A stretch of 64,000 nucleotides of DNA, taken from contig CM119265.1 of the NCBI GenBank assembly GCA_051294375.1, positions 14,066,124-14,130,123 of the forward strand, in the 5' to 3' direction. Position numbers and translations under genes: made by a program. The notes beneath the pieces were generated by a model. It made no database searches, was not told where the DNA came from, and was given only the letters and a program-made list of their open reading frames with translations. This document shows, one piece after another, positions 27,730 to 39,800 of the stretch (position 1 is its first letter; each line of letters starts with the position of its first letter). The stretch comes from Paraspadella gotoi (taxonomy: Eukaryota > Animalia > Chaetognatha).

Positions 27730-28246
27730 TAACTATATATATATAAAGTTCAGTACCCACTCACCTTCTCTACCCTCACCTCCCCCTCAGCACTATCTCT
27801 CCGATCTCGTGCCATCCGTGTTCGGGACTTTGAGCGAGAGCGGATATTTCTACGACCCCGTGGAGAGAGACATCGAATTGGGCTTCATTCCTTGGGCCAT
27901 GGATCTCGCTTGCATCAAGCTCAAGACGGGTCCGTTTATCGTTACTTTTTATTCAATTATAAACTTATGCTAAATTAAATATGTCGTAAGGCAAATCTTT
28001 TATTGGGACTAATCATCAATTTTAATACCTCGCGTTAATAAAAAATGACGGAAATGGGCTTTCCCCCCCCCCGATGCCCTTTTGTTTCGTTCAGCCCTCG
28101 TGTCCCGCACCGTTTTGGATCTGATCATTCGCGAAGTGACCATCGACAGGAAGGAGCATATCATCCCCGTCGAGATGACGGAAGGGGAAGAAGGGGAGGA
28201 AGGGGAGGGGGAAGGGGGAGTGGGAGAGGACGGAGAAGAAGAATGA
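24816..28246 (+). CDS. RSPH3: Radial spoke head protein 3; exons approx. 24816-24911, 24989-25091, 25164-25294, 25421-25574, 25834-26018, 27554-27659, 27791-27929, 28095-28246
   Basis: TYTFTSQP, YGNLMWDRRVVRGNTYA, DVQTDLYLEEL, FLDRPPSPLFIPAKTG, GDLFDYDIEVKPILEVLVGK, YLSDLVPSVFGTL...GYFYDPVE are RSP3 hallmarks. Apparent 1-nt deletions near 27645-27660 (expected KIAARAFAQ) lie next to a GA tract. Confidence 0.93.
26693..26990 (+). other. GC-rich multi-stem island in an RSPH3 intron
   Basis: GCCACCGA/TCGGTGGC, ACCAGGCAC/GTGCCTGGT and CTGGAT/ATCCAG pairings; C(TTCG)G tetraloop near 26835. Confidence 0.45.
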
Positions 28247-28499
28247 GAGGAGAGAGGGAGAGAGAGAGAGAGGAGGAACCCGATCGGAGTTTTAGGAGAA
28301 GATAAGAAGAGGAAGTAGTGGATAGAGAGGGAGAGAGCGACGAAAGAGGGAAATGGGACAGAGCGCGTTGATTTTTTTTTTTTAAATGATATTGTAAAAA
28401 AAATGATTACCTTAAATATTTTTTTTTTAATTAATAAAAACAAATTTTTGTATCTGAGCTGTCGACATTCGCTAATGATAGTAAGCTTTTTTTTTTTCG

Positions 28500-29205
28500 C
28501 GAAATTAGCTCCCGACAACGGATAAGGCAATTATGACGAGCAGTCTTATCGCTTAACAGCGCTCAAGGACGCTGAAAATGATATCTGCTTTCATATGCGA
28601 GAATTGAAGGACGAGCACTCGATGCGGTATTGTAAAAAAAAAAGCGGCAAAAAAGTATGTCTTATCTTCACGTAGTTAAGAATATAGTATATTGTTGTTA
28701 TATTACTTATATTTTTGTTAACGTGTAATTTCCCTGTCGCTCTCGAAATTCACTTTTTATTTTTTTTTAATTTTCTCCTCTCACGATTTTTTTTTCACAA
28801 AAAAAAAAAAACGTTTGAAAAGGAAATCCATTCGTCTTCCGTCGACGTGACGTGACAGCGCGCAAGTGTTGCGCACTGAGGGAAAAAAAAGGTTGCGCAC
28901 ACGGGGAAACGTCGCCCGAGACAAGAAAAATACGCGGGGGTAAGGAAAAAGGGTAAGTGAGGCTTCAAAATGGAATTTACGCGAATCGTAAAAGCCGCAG
29001 CCGCAATATGTTAATTGGATTTGGAGACATTTTATGACGCCTCTCTCTCTTCTCTCTCTCTCTCTCTCTCCTCTTCTCTCTCCTCTCTCCTCCCGCCGCT
29101 TTCTGATCACTGGGGCGATATGTGTCCACTGACAGTCTTCTATTTGTCTGCTGCATGCTCTACCGTTGGCAACTTGGACGAGACTAATACGCCATAATAT
29201 TTAAA
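28500..29205. repeat. Segment repeated at 43878-44472 (direct) and 44903-45005 (inverted part)
   Basis: Near-identical text with scattered indels, e.g. GAAATTAGCTCC...GACGAGCAGTCTTATCGC and GGATTTGGAGACATTTTATGACGC. Confidence 0.75.
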
Positions 29206-30492
29206 AAAGAAGAAAGAGAGGAACGAGAAAGAAGAGAAGAAGAAGAGAGAAGAAAGAGAGAGAGAGAGAGACGACGCTGAAGAGATTGACCTCTATTAGT
29301 CATGACGGAAACGTCGCCGTTTGATCTTGACGCGTTCTGTTTTTCTTAGGACAGGCTGCCATCGTAGTCCCAGTTCTGCTTAGACACTGCTTTCCTCACT
29401 TGGTCAACCCCATCCTGTGTTCCGAACCTGCGAATATCCACAGTTTCACGCACTGGTCTTTTCCGTTGGAAATGAGGTAAGCGTCCCGTCGCCCTGCGCC
29501 CGAAAAACAAAAGAGACGATGAGAATAAGTCCATGTATAATTAACCCTCAAACAAAAATTGAACCAGAGGTCCTAAAACCCAACACCACTCTTCTTAACC
29601 TTTGGAGTCGACGAACGTCACGCCATCGTATGTTCCAGTTCAAGACGCCGACTGGTTTGGCCCGTTCGTCATCGAGCATGCGTCGTCCCACACATTTACG
29701 AGCCCATCGTCTTCCCGCCGCTAAAAGTATCTGCGAGGTGGGCAGTCAGCGAAGGAGACAGGTTGACGTCGTCCTCGTGAGCCTTCGAGAGCGGAATCCA
29801 AGGTTTCAAGATTTTCGGGAAGGGGTGGAACATATGTGACAACATAATAGATTTAAACAGGCAGAATCCCAAACGTCACCACAACTCACGTTGATGGCAG
29901 AGCGTCCGCATTGAGGCTTCCCGGTTCATAAATATAAAATGGCGCCCGTCGTTAGCGCCGGCATAATTTCTCGGTTGTCCATAGAAAATCGAATGGAGAA
30001 ACAGGCAAAAGCGATGCTCTCCCGGCGCATGTCGAGCGCGATCTGAGTGGACTGCGCGTAGATGTGCAAAAATTATGGACAGAGGGCACCAGGAGGAGTA
30101 TATAAAATAACAGGCCTGACCGGATTAAGAAGTGTAAGATCAATTAAATCTTAGGATTAATTTACATTGACTACCGGGATTTTTCGGTTGTATGTGTTCG
30201 ATTCTTAAGAGCTACCGGAAAAAAAAAAAAAAGACATTGCCATTGTAAGGGTAGAAAAACTAATTACAAATTTATTTTGAAACCCCCTAATCATATTATC
30301 CCTAACCACCACTAATCCCCAAACTACCCCTAATCCTTTAACCACCCTTAACCTAAATGTTAACCGTTTAAAAAATGTAACATAAAATATTTTCTTTCAT
30401 TTCGTTGCTTAATTTGTTTGAGTTGGAAAATGAATTGTTTGTTTACGTGAACAACGTACAACGTAACAACTTTAATAGTTTTTATAAAAATC

Positions 30493-30678
30493 TCACCACC
30501 GGGAGAGAAGCCGGTGTGCCAGCACGGACCATCCCAGACATCACCGGCCTGAATCTTTTTGAACCCTTTGAAAAATGGTCCGTTGCAGACAATCGTAGCG
30601 CGCGGAATATAATTGTCCTGACAAGCGCCTCAGGAAAGTGCAACCGTCAGTCGAGTAACTTCCGCAAAATGCTTTCCT
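30493..30678. other. GC-rich island with pseudoknot-type pairings
   Basis: GCCGGTG (30510)/CACCGGC (30542) interleaved with ACGGACCAT (30524)/ATGGTCCGT (30575); also GACAAT/ATTGTC, CCTGA/TCAGG, GCGGAA/TTCCGC and AGGAAAG/CTTTCCT. Confidence 0.5.
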
Positions 30679-31189
30679 AAAAGTTAAACAAATTTGAAAG
30701 CAAATACGTATTGTAATAAAATCTTTAGAGACAAACGAAAAATTCGGTTGGAATTAGCAATTATTTTTAATATTGTACATTGTTTCGTCTCTTAGGTTGG
30801 TACGAGTCTTCATCAGGCAAGTGCTATTCCACATTTTTTCGTTTCATCCCTTCTAAACTATTTAATTAGCCAAAAAGAAAGTCAAAATACAAACGTATAA
30901 ATATCAAACTTACCCCCAAACTCGGGCAACCCTCGAAGGTTTGTTGGGCTATAAAACATGGAGGAGATGGCACCGCCAATCGCCCAGCATACAAATTGCC
31001 GCGCGACGTCTTGCATCGAGCCCACGGAGACCAAGCTCGCGATCCCGCAACACAACAGGGAATGGCCGATTCCGAAAGCCCACGTGGCTGAGTTTTGAAA
31101 AGAAATGCAATAAACATGTTTTGAGAAAACTCCCTTCGCCAAACCGAGCCTGAGACGTGATCACACCTTCCCTTGCAGGCTTGTCTTTT

Positions 31190-33790
31190 CAAGGGCTATT
31201 CTCTCTTTTCGATCTTTTCCGCTTCTTCTCTTCCCGCTTTGGCGGCCCTTGCGCTCGCTTTCGGAAAGCGTGCCGAAGCCACGTGACGCACCCGACGGCC
31301 GGGTGCCGGGAAGGCATCACCCTCGGCGGCTCCGCTCGATCGAAGGCAAATCGGTCGAAGAAAGACACGGGGAATGTCTGGGCCGAATTGGCCCCGAACA
31401 TGGTTGCGCTTGGAAACGAGTAGCTGCCGGCGGAACAGCGGAGGCTCCGGCTGTGCACGGGATGCAGCAAGTGGAGATGTTGTGAGAGGGGACCTCGGCC
31501 AGAATTTTGAAGATTTCTTAGGAATGGGAAACAATTGAATTAATTGGTAGGATTGAAAAGTTCAGGGAGAGAATCCAAGGCGAAAACCTGCATGAGATCC
31601 GAGGATTGTAAACGTGCAGATCCGGGGCGGGGGTCAGGCTCAGGCTGATGAACGACGGCGATTGTCGTCCGAAGTTCGGAATCATTTTGGCGTCGTCGGA
31701 CCGCGACGTAATCAGAATCGTCATCATTGTCGCCGTATCCGATGCCCTCTTCGTACATTCATGTCTGCCCAATCAATAAGTTTCAAAAAAGTTTTTCAGA
31801 TTGATAAGGTCTCCGTGACTAACTGATTCGCATCAATTTAAGGGGCATTGAAAAATAATTCAGTAATCTATTCGACCGCCATTTTTCTGTAAAATAAATC
31901 GAATTCATCGAAAGCTACTTTTTCTTCCCTGGACAAAACAAGATATTGACTTACACCTCATCGTCTCTCTGCTAGTGATCTTTTGGAATTTCTGCGCATG
32001 AAAGGAGCCGTTCGGCAAAAATTTTACTTTCGCGACCGTGGTTTTTGGCGTACTTTAAAAAACTATTTAAAAATATTTAATTAAAAAATAAATATTACCT
32101 AATTATCCTAACCCCTCTTAACCCTAAACTATCCCTAAACCACCATAACCCTTCAACCACACTAACCGGTCGGCGAAAGTAAAATTACATTAAGGGACTT
32201 CAATCGGTTACCTATGGCAACCGGGTTGCCTTGTTGAGCCCATTGGGATGGGGCATTTTTTTTCTCAACTGGTTGGCTTCCGACCCTCAGTGAGCCTTCT
32301 GTAACTGGCGCGGTTACCTAGGACGGTTCTCGCTTTGCCAACGCAGAGGGAAGTCGTTAGGACTGTGATGGATTCGCAAAGCCTGGGATGGTGCGTTTCC
32401 CCCTCTGAGCCAATGGATTGGTTAAACTTATGGTGATGTGAGGGCGGTGTGAATATCCGTATGCATGTATCACAAAAAGAATAATCAAAAAATATTTATA
32501 AAACACTTAATAATACTAATAAATTCATTAAATTGTTCCTTTAAAATCTATTAAAATAAAATTTTCATTAAACTAAAAAAATGTTATAAAAATAGTTATA
32601 CCTGTGAAAGAATTAACGAGTTTAATCAATTTCTTTTTTAACGCTCCAGATTTGATAGTCCCTGTACTTTAACTATATCATAAGACCAGAGGACAATCAA
32701 GGTGAAGTTTGTGGAGGTTACTGGTATTAATAGGGTCTTTACAAGTGACACACGACACCCGCCGCTAGAAAAAATATCATTTCAAACTTGTGAAAATTTT
32801 TTGATAACTGTATTTAACTAAAAGTGGTTAACTTATTTCATTACAATATTTCTTTAAAATGTAATTTTCTTCAAATTTCCAAGAGCCTTAAAAAAAGTTT
32901 TTAAGAAAATGTTCAGGAAAAATTAAATAAAAAAAATTGAAAAAAAATTAAAAATAAAAAAACAAATTTTTAAATCAAAGACGACTTAAAAGCAATTTTC
33001 CCGCTCATTGCTAAAGTCAAATCATAACCACTCAATATGAAATTTTAATATATAAAAGATTTTTTGGTTTTTTACTAAAGAAAAATATTTCAGATTAATA
33101 AAAAATTTAACAGCTGCAAATGACGTTTTTTCCTGGGCGGGTTTTCGTGTGTCACCTTGTACAATATTAGTATATTAATAAAGAAGAAAAGTACTCACTA
33201 ACTCTGCTGGTGCCATCGATCCAAGGTTTGACCGGCCATGAAATCTAGACTTGACCGGGTGCGAAGGAGGAAGCGGAGGATTTCTGGCGAGGTCGACCTG
33301 GACTCGAGTCAGAGTCGATTCTCGACGCTGCTCGTTTTCTGAGCTCCGGCTGCGGAGTCGCTTCCCGCTTACGGCCCGCGTCAGCCTATATCGTCGTCGA
33401 AGGCGTCTTCCCTCGTCTCCAGCGGGTTGGCCCGTCGGGGCCGCCCGGACTCGTTCGTCGACTCCCTCGACCGGGGAGTCGTTTCGCGATCGAGCGGACA
33501 AACGAGGCGGCGACCTGTTGGACTTATCGCCAAAAAATCTGTCGACAGAGGTCGTAGAATGAAGGCGCGGCTGGAAGCAGCCGTTGTCGTTGACGTACGG
33601 GTGAATCAACGTCCGGGCGAAACATCGCGAGAGTCGGTCGCGGTCGCCTGGTCCCTGAGAACAAAAGGCGGCACCAGCGTGAGCCGGAGAAAGTTCTATG
33701 AAGGTGACCTCGTCGAAAAGAGGGAACGAAGGAATGAAGATTTCCCGTAGATCGAGGCTTTCAGAGTGAATCTGGCCCCCATAGGCTGAG
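31190..33790 (-). CDS. Putative exons of an unidentified gene (~33786-33255, ~31765-31589, ~31517-31190)
   Basis: Open GC-rich blocks after pyrimidine-rich AG acceptors (AYGGQIHSESLDLREIFIPSFPLFDEVTFIEL...; HECTKRASDT...DLHVYNPRISC); no family recognised, frames not fully resolved. Confidence 0.3.
32001..32192 (-). mobile_element. Helentron-associated (HINE/DINE-1-like) non-autonomous element
   Basis: Subterminal inverted repeats AATTTTACTTTCGC(C)GACCG at ~32020-32038 and ~32167-32186, short hairpin GCCG-TT-CGGC outside one repeat, internal degenerate CCTAAC tract, T-rich flanks on the minus strand. A similar CCTAAC tract lies at ~30280-30365. Confidence 0.55.
32195..32459 (+). repeat. Dispersed structured element, copy 2 (homologous to 8965-9209)
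   Basis: Colinear with the reverse complement of 8965-9209; differences concentrate in loops or keep stems paired. Confidence 0.85.
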
Positions 33791-34647
33791 AGACCTTGAG
33801 AGTCACATCTTTGTCGCTAAAAAACGAAGAGCAATACTTTAAGAAATATTTCATAGGATTAAGGTGAAAGATTATCCAGTATCGAAACCTATAAAAGTGA
33901 AACTCCATTGAATGTTTGACCAAAAACTAGCGCATAACCGAAACAGTAGACATTTTCTTTGCAAATATGCAAAATTGTGCAATTTCTTAGCCAATGTGGA
34001 CGAGTTACGAGGACAAAAATAAAAATATTAAGGTCATTTACTTAATATACAATTGATTGCAGCATTTATCCTTCTTTTAAGACCCAATAAAGAATTTATT
34101 AAATAAACACAAATAACATAAAAAAATCATTCACGACGAAATTTAACAAACAGCAAGGCTTTAGCACAAAACTTAAGCGCCATCTTGCTTTCGACAACGA
34201 GGCTGCATAAATTAACGTGGAGAAAAAGAAAAAGAGATCTGCAGCGGCGCGGGAGAGGAAGCGATCCGCAGGTGCTGCGAGGGGGGTAGCTGCTGGGGTG
34301 CAGCTTTGGCGCGGCCGGAGAGATGGACTTGGACCAATCGTCATCCTCCACAGTCACAGCCTGTTTGCACGTTCTCTCCATTTTACGCGCTCCGCGTCGC
34401 CGGCTTTCCCTACGAATCCCACGTTCGTATTTCCGTTTCGCGTTGCCAAAGACACGTCGACTAAACTCAATACCATTTTCTTTCGAGGATTTAACCGGAT
34501 AGTATTTCGGGAAGATACAATTATTTTTTCTTTTATTCTGAGTTCCCGATTTAAAAAACACGTGATACTTTTTTAGAATCGGTTGACGCTTATGATATTA
34601 AGATCTCGAATCGTCCTCTCGTCCTACATTGTGAACTATAACCAAAA

Positions 34648-34895
34648 ATGCGGGGGCTGTTGGTTCAGCCGGCGACAGGTATCACTCTTGCTGTGTAACT
34701 GGGCACGGTAGTGTCGCCCTTGGCCGTTATGTCGGATAGACTTGGGAAGCGAGTCCTCAAAACGCCATCGTCAAGCCGGGCGTTTCCCATGGAAATCGCG
34801 CTCAACAAAGGAGGGCCGACGTTAAAAACTGCCAACATCGTGGTCAAAGAATGGGAGCGATCCTTCGGGACGCCGCGCTTTGGCGGGTTGAGCTC
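34648..34895 (+). other. GC-rich multi-hairpin island
   Basis: GGCGACA/TGTCGCC, GACTTG/CGAGTC, AAACGCC/GGCGTTT, GCTCAAC/GTTGAGC, and TCC(TTCG)GGA tetraloop at ~34861-34870. Confidence 0.45.
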
Positions 34896-36424
34896 AGAGA
34901 AAACCAAACTGTTGCACGAAATTATTCAATAATCACAAAATTCCTATTCTTTTCTATTCTTAGCTCGATGAAAAAGACCGCCGACTGGACGTTTCGGTTC
35001 TCAACGAATCCTGGCCAAGACGTGGACCATTCCCCTCGTTAGACAATTACCGTAGGACCTATCCTCACATCGCCCCTTTGGCGAGAAGAAAAGGGCGAGG
35101 CATGTACTTTTTAAAGACAAGGTTCAAAAATTCATATAATCGATAAATAACTTAGCTATCTTTATAAAATCTACTACCTAATTTTGACCAATGATTGTAT
35201 GAGGAAGAGATAAACCTCAAGAAGCGTATTAGGACTATTTAGCTTAATGACTAATTATTTCAAAGAATTTTGCTTTAGCACATTCGCTTTCTGATTACTC
35301 AGTTTTTGAAAAAGCAAAAAAAAAGAAGAAAAGAGAGAAGAGAAGAAAACTGTAGTGAAAATCACAATTACACTTAAGAAAAATCAATCGTAAGAAGAAA
35401 ATAAAAATAGGAAATAAGGAGAAGTGACAAAATGTTACTCCATATTCTTTATCTGATATATCGGGTAATATGTTAAAAAATAGTAAAAACTGGAGTGCGG
35501 AAAAAAACACGTTAATCATTTATTGAAAAAGATAAAGGTTTTTTTTTTAAACCTTAGGCCATTTGTTATTTAGAAAGAGAGAGGAGAGAGAGAAAAAAGA
35601 AGAAAAAAAGAACTGATTCGGTAAATCGACTTCATTGATTAGGATTTAACGAAGACAAATATATATATAATGCGACTTTGCATAATTTTGGTCAACTTGA
35701 TTAATTTGATTAATAAACTAGAATTTAAGAATTTCAAGTTAGACACATATGCTTTAATTAAAATAGAAAAAACTGTTAAAACTGAAGAAGTTCAAAGTGA
35801 ACACTTACAAGATGTTCCTCAGAATTTTATGTGACGAAAAAAGTGAGGGGAAACAGAAACAACTGACCTCCACTAATTTAAATAAAATTAAAATTTTGGC
35901 GATCCTTTTTTTCTTGTGGAAAGCTCCATCGAATAGTTTCAAAACGAAGTTGAAAATCCAACTAAATTTTTATTGAAAAGATTAAGGGTTTTTTTTTTTA
36001 AAAAAACTTAAGCTTTTTGTAGTCACAAATATCCTATTAAATCAATAGCAATGAACGGGACCCTCATAAATAAATACGTAAAATAATTACAATAATGGCA
36101 TCGTTAAAAAAGACTGTATCCCAAATTCGCGCAAGAGAAATGTAATTTTACTATAACTTAAAAAGTTTTTCAAATAAGTAATAAAAGAAAAAATCGAAAA
36201 TAATGCGGTTTTACATTTTTTTGAACACTTCCACATTTACCGGAACCTCACCTTCGCCCCCAGTCTCCAAACCCACCTCTTAATGATACCAACTCCCCCT
36301 TCTCTCCACACCGTCACTTGATATGCTGAATGAATACCGTCTTTCGTTAACCCTCGCTATTTCACACTCTCCACATTTCTCCCGCTTCCCCGTACATCGA
36401 AACAAGATTCAGTGTACTATCGTA

Positions 36425-36815
36425 TTTTTCGTCTTCGGTACTCTCCTCTTCTCACACTCTCTCACCCCCTCACCCTCCTTCGTCGTCGCAGGCACAATTT
36501 CTGATTTTTCGTCTTTCAGTTGAACCTCCTCTCAACCTCCACCCTCCTCGTCCTCAAGATGCGAATTCACCCGACAAAAAACTCTGATTTTTCATCTTTC
36601 CGTTAACCACCTCTCTCACACACTCTCACCCCCCTCACCCTCCTCGTCGTCACAAGGCATTTCTGATTTTGCCATCTTCGGTGCAACCTCCTCTCACCCT
36701 TCCACCCTCCTCGTCCCTCACAGGTGGATTCGACGACCGCAACTTCTAATTATTCATCTTCCATTAAGAACCACCTCTCTCATACACTCTCACCTCCCAC
36801 CCTCCTCATCGTCAC
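36425..36815. repeat. Degenerate minisatellite of alternating subunits (higher-order period roughly 160-170 bp)
   Basis: CACCCTCCTCGTC recurs about five times and TCTGATTTT...TCTT four times in alternating contexts. Confidence 0.7.
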
Positions 36816-39800
36816 GTATCCCTGCACGGTGTCGAAAACGAACACGACCCAAAAACTATCGATATAGACTCAAATAATAATACGAATCTTACTCGCCTCT
36901 ATCGTCGGAAATGGACGAAATGTTCGCTTCTTCGCTAGCGGCCGAATCGTCATTCTCTTTCGTATTGACAATCATCTTAACATTTCTTTTCAAAGAAATC
37001 TCTTTTTCGCGACTTACGTACGCTTTATTAATTAATAACTGAACATTCATCTTTATTTTTATTTAGCTTGTACTATAATAAATTTTATATAATAAAATTA
37101 ACTTTTTTTTAGATTCGAAGAAAAGATTATGCTGTGGAAGGAAATCGGCGTTTTTATAACGCCATCAGAAAACGTCAGGTGGAAGCATGCGAAATTGCTC
37201 CATTTTACTTTGGAGAAACCTTTGTTACTTTGCCTTCTCCGGATCCATATTCATAACGATGACCTCATTTTTCCTTCACGCTACCCAAGGTTACTCTTTT
37301 AATTAAACTTCCTCTCTCTCTCTCTCTCTCTCTTTCATCATTTTATTGATACTACTACTAACTATAACGATATTTCCATCAATACCCTAACACTCCGGAA
37401 TCCGACAAACAACGTCAATACTCCTGGCACACTCCAGCCATCGGATAACGTTCAGGAGAATGATTACAGGAGATTGGACAGTGGAATGGGGATGTTTGGC
37501 AAGAAACCAATGAGGTAAAACAAATAGAATTAATAATATAAAAAAAATTGCCTACTTAACATTTGATTATTCACCAGTGCTTTTCTACTATGATTGTCGC
37601 CGAATGACCGCATCAGCAACGGAAGCGACCATAGAGCTTAAGAAGATGAGGCATCACATTTTCATCAGGAAGACTATCTTGAACCCCGTCAGGTAAATAA
37701 AAATATGGTTTATCTTATTAACAATACAATTTAATTCTCATTTTTAACTAAAAACATTCCTTTCTGGTTGATATTTACTAGTTGTGATTTACAACGCCCC
37801 AAGGAGTAGATTCAATCACATTACCGGTGTTACCTCCAAAGAGAGAACTAAAAAAACATTTTCTATCACTTCCAGAAGGACACTTAAACTGAAGATAAAG
37901 ACATTTCTTCACGCTCCAAAAATCGAAAATGTTTTCGTTTAATATCACCATTCGAAGCTTTTAAAAGAAATTCAGAAATGTTTCTTCTTGTCATAAAAAT
38001 TTACAACAACAATATATTCTTTTGTTTGCCTTCGTCTCGAATTTCGGTGAGTTCGAATCCTTCATTAGCTGTCCTTCTGTCCCTTCATTCGTTAAAAAGA
38101 GAAGGGTGTTTTAAAATGAAAAGGAATTGAGAAAGAAAACAGGGATCATCTCTCTCTCTCTCTCGCATCGCAAAATAGAATACAACGACATAAGCACTAT
38201 CCAAGTCAGGGCAAGAATGGTTTCATTTATTTAATAATGGATAATTTTTATTGTACCCAATCTTCTTATAAAACCCGCAGTCTCCTATCTATCTCTCTCT
38301 CCCTACTCTCTCTCTTTCTCTCTCTCTCTGCATCACGGGAGAAAGCAAAGCAACAAGAAAAAAAAAATCAATCCAATTCATTTTTGCATCGCATGCTTTC
38401 TTATACGATCTTCTTTACCGAATCTTTAATTTACCGATCAATACGGAGTAGGCGAAAATTGAAATTAGAGAATTAGTTTCCGAGTTCAGTTGGACTTAAA
38501 GAACAATTTAATTTCAGAAGTATTACGCTCAGCCTCGAAGCAAACCTAATCTTGTTAAAACTTCGAAGGACTTAATTTATCACTCGATCGCTCTTAAAAA
38601 AATTTTTTCTTAAAAAATCGAGTTGTCTGTTTGGCACTTTTCCCCTTACTACTCGAGAGCAGAGAAAGTTTTCGCGCGCCAACGATACGCAAATATTAGG
38701 ATCACTCTTTGTTTTATATCGGCGTGAATCTCTCCGGATCCAGCGTCAAGTTGATTTATTTTTATACACGTAACCGTTATCCCTGTTGCAATTTCAACAA
38801 ACGCGTTATTAGGTCATGGTTCCCCTCGACATTGTTTACTCGTTGGCCCCGAACGCCACCGAGGAATCCAGAGTCAGTAAAGTTATTCTTCACATTTTCT
38901 CAAAAAAATCCACGAAAATCTCAGACTGTAAATTTGGGATTTTGTATTGAGGAAAGAAGCGCGGGAATAAATGGCGATAATAACAGTTTTGTAGAATGGA
39001 AAGAAATCATCAGAGAATTTTTTCAAAAGATACGGTGGTAAAACAAAGTGAATAATTTTTTGTATTGTAAAAAAAAAAAAAAGAGACGAGGGAGAGGAGA
39101 GAGAGACGGAGAGGAGACGGAGGAGAGAGAGAGAGAGAGCCTGAACTCGTTTTTTTTTAAACGATTCAGAAAGGCCGCGCTGATCAAATATATATGTTTT
39201 TTTAGAAAGAAAAAAAATAATCAGAGTTTTTCAAAAAAACGAACGATCACGCAAGAGATCGCACACAAAGAGAGACAGANNNNNNNNNNNNNNNNNNNNN
39301 NNNNGAGACAGAGAGAGAAATGATCGACTTCCCGTCGGTCAAGGTGATGGATTTTCATTGGACGGAGGATTCAACTCCGGACAGCGGGGATGAAGCGAGG
39401 CGAGGAGCAGAAAATAGGAGCAACGGGGAAAGAGGGTAGCGAAGCGAAAGAAGAGGCGTGGAGCTTAGTCGGGGAAAGGTTCGCCAATTACGACGGAAAA
39501 GCAAAGTTTGAGTCGTTCTGACTGCGTGTACGTCTGCAATGACTTTTGACTCTCGTCATCGTCGTTATTTTCTCGGCTTGAGTTTCCCTCTGGTCGTTAA
39601 GGCAACGAGCTCGCTGCGATTTACTTTTTTTTTTTAACGTAAATCTCTCTCTTTTTTAAAAATCACCTACTTCTAAAAAGTCACCGCAGCCGACAGCGGC
39701 CGATCTTTCTTCCCTCTTATCGTATCTTTCTCGATTTTTGCTTTTAAATAAATTTTTTAATTCATTCTCTTCCCTTATCAAATATCGGTATTCGTTGTTG

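Noticed and set aside
30280-30365. Interstitial telomere (CCTAAC-like tract)
   Set aside because: Degenerate and similar to the interior of the HINE-like element at 32.1 kb.
36910-37890. Exon-like blocks with GT/AG ends on the + strand
   Set aside because: No consistent reading frame or domain could be assembled; may be a real gene obscured by errors.
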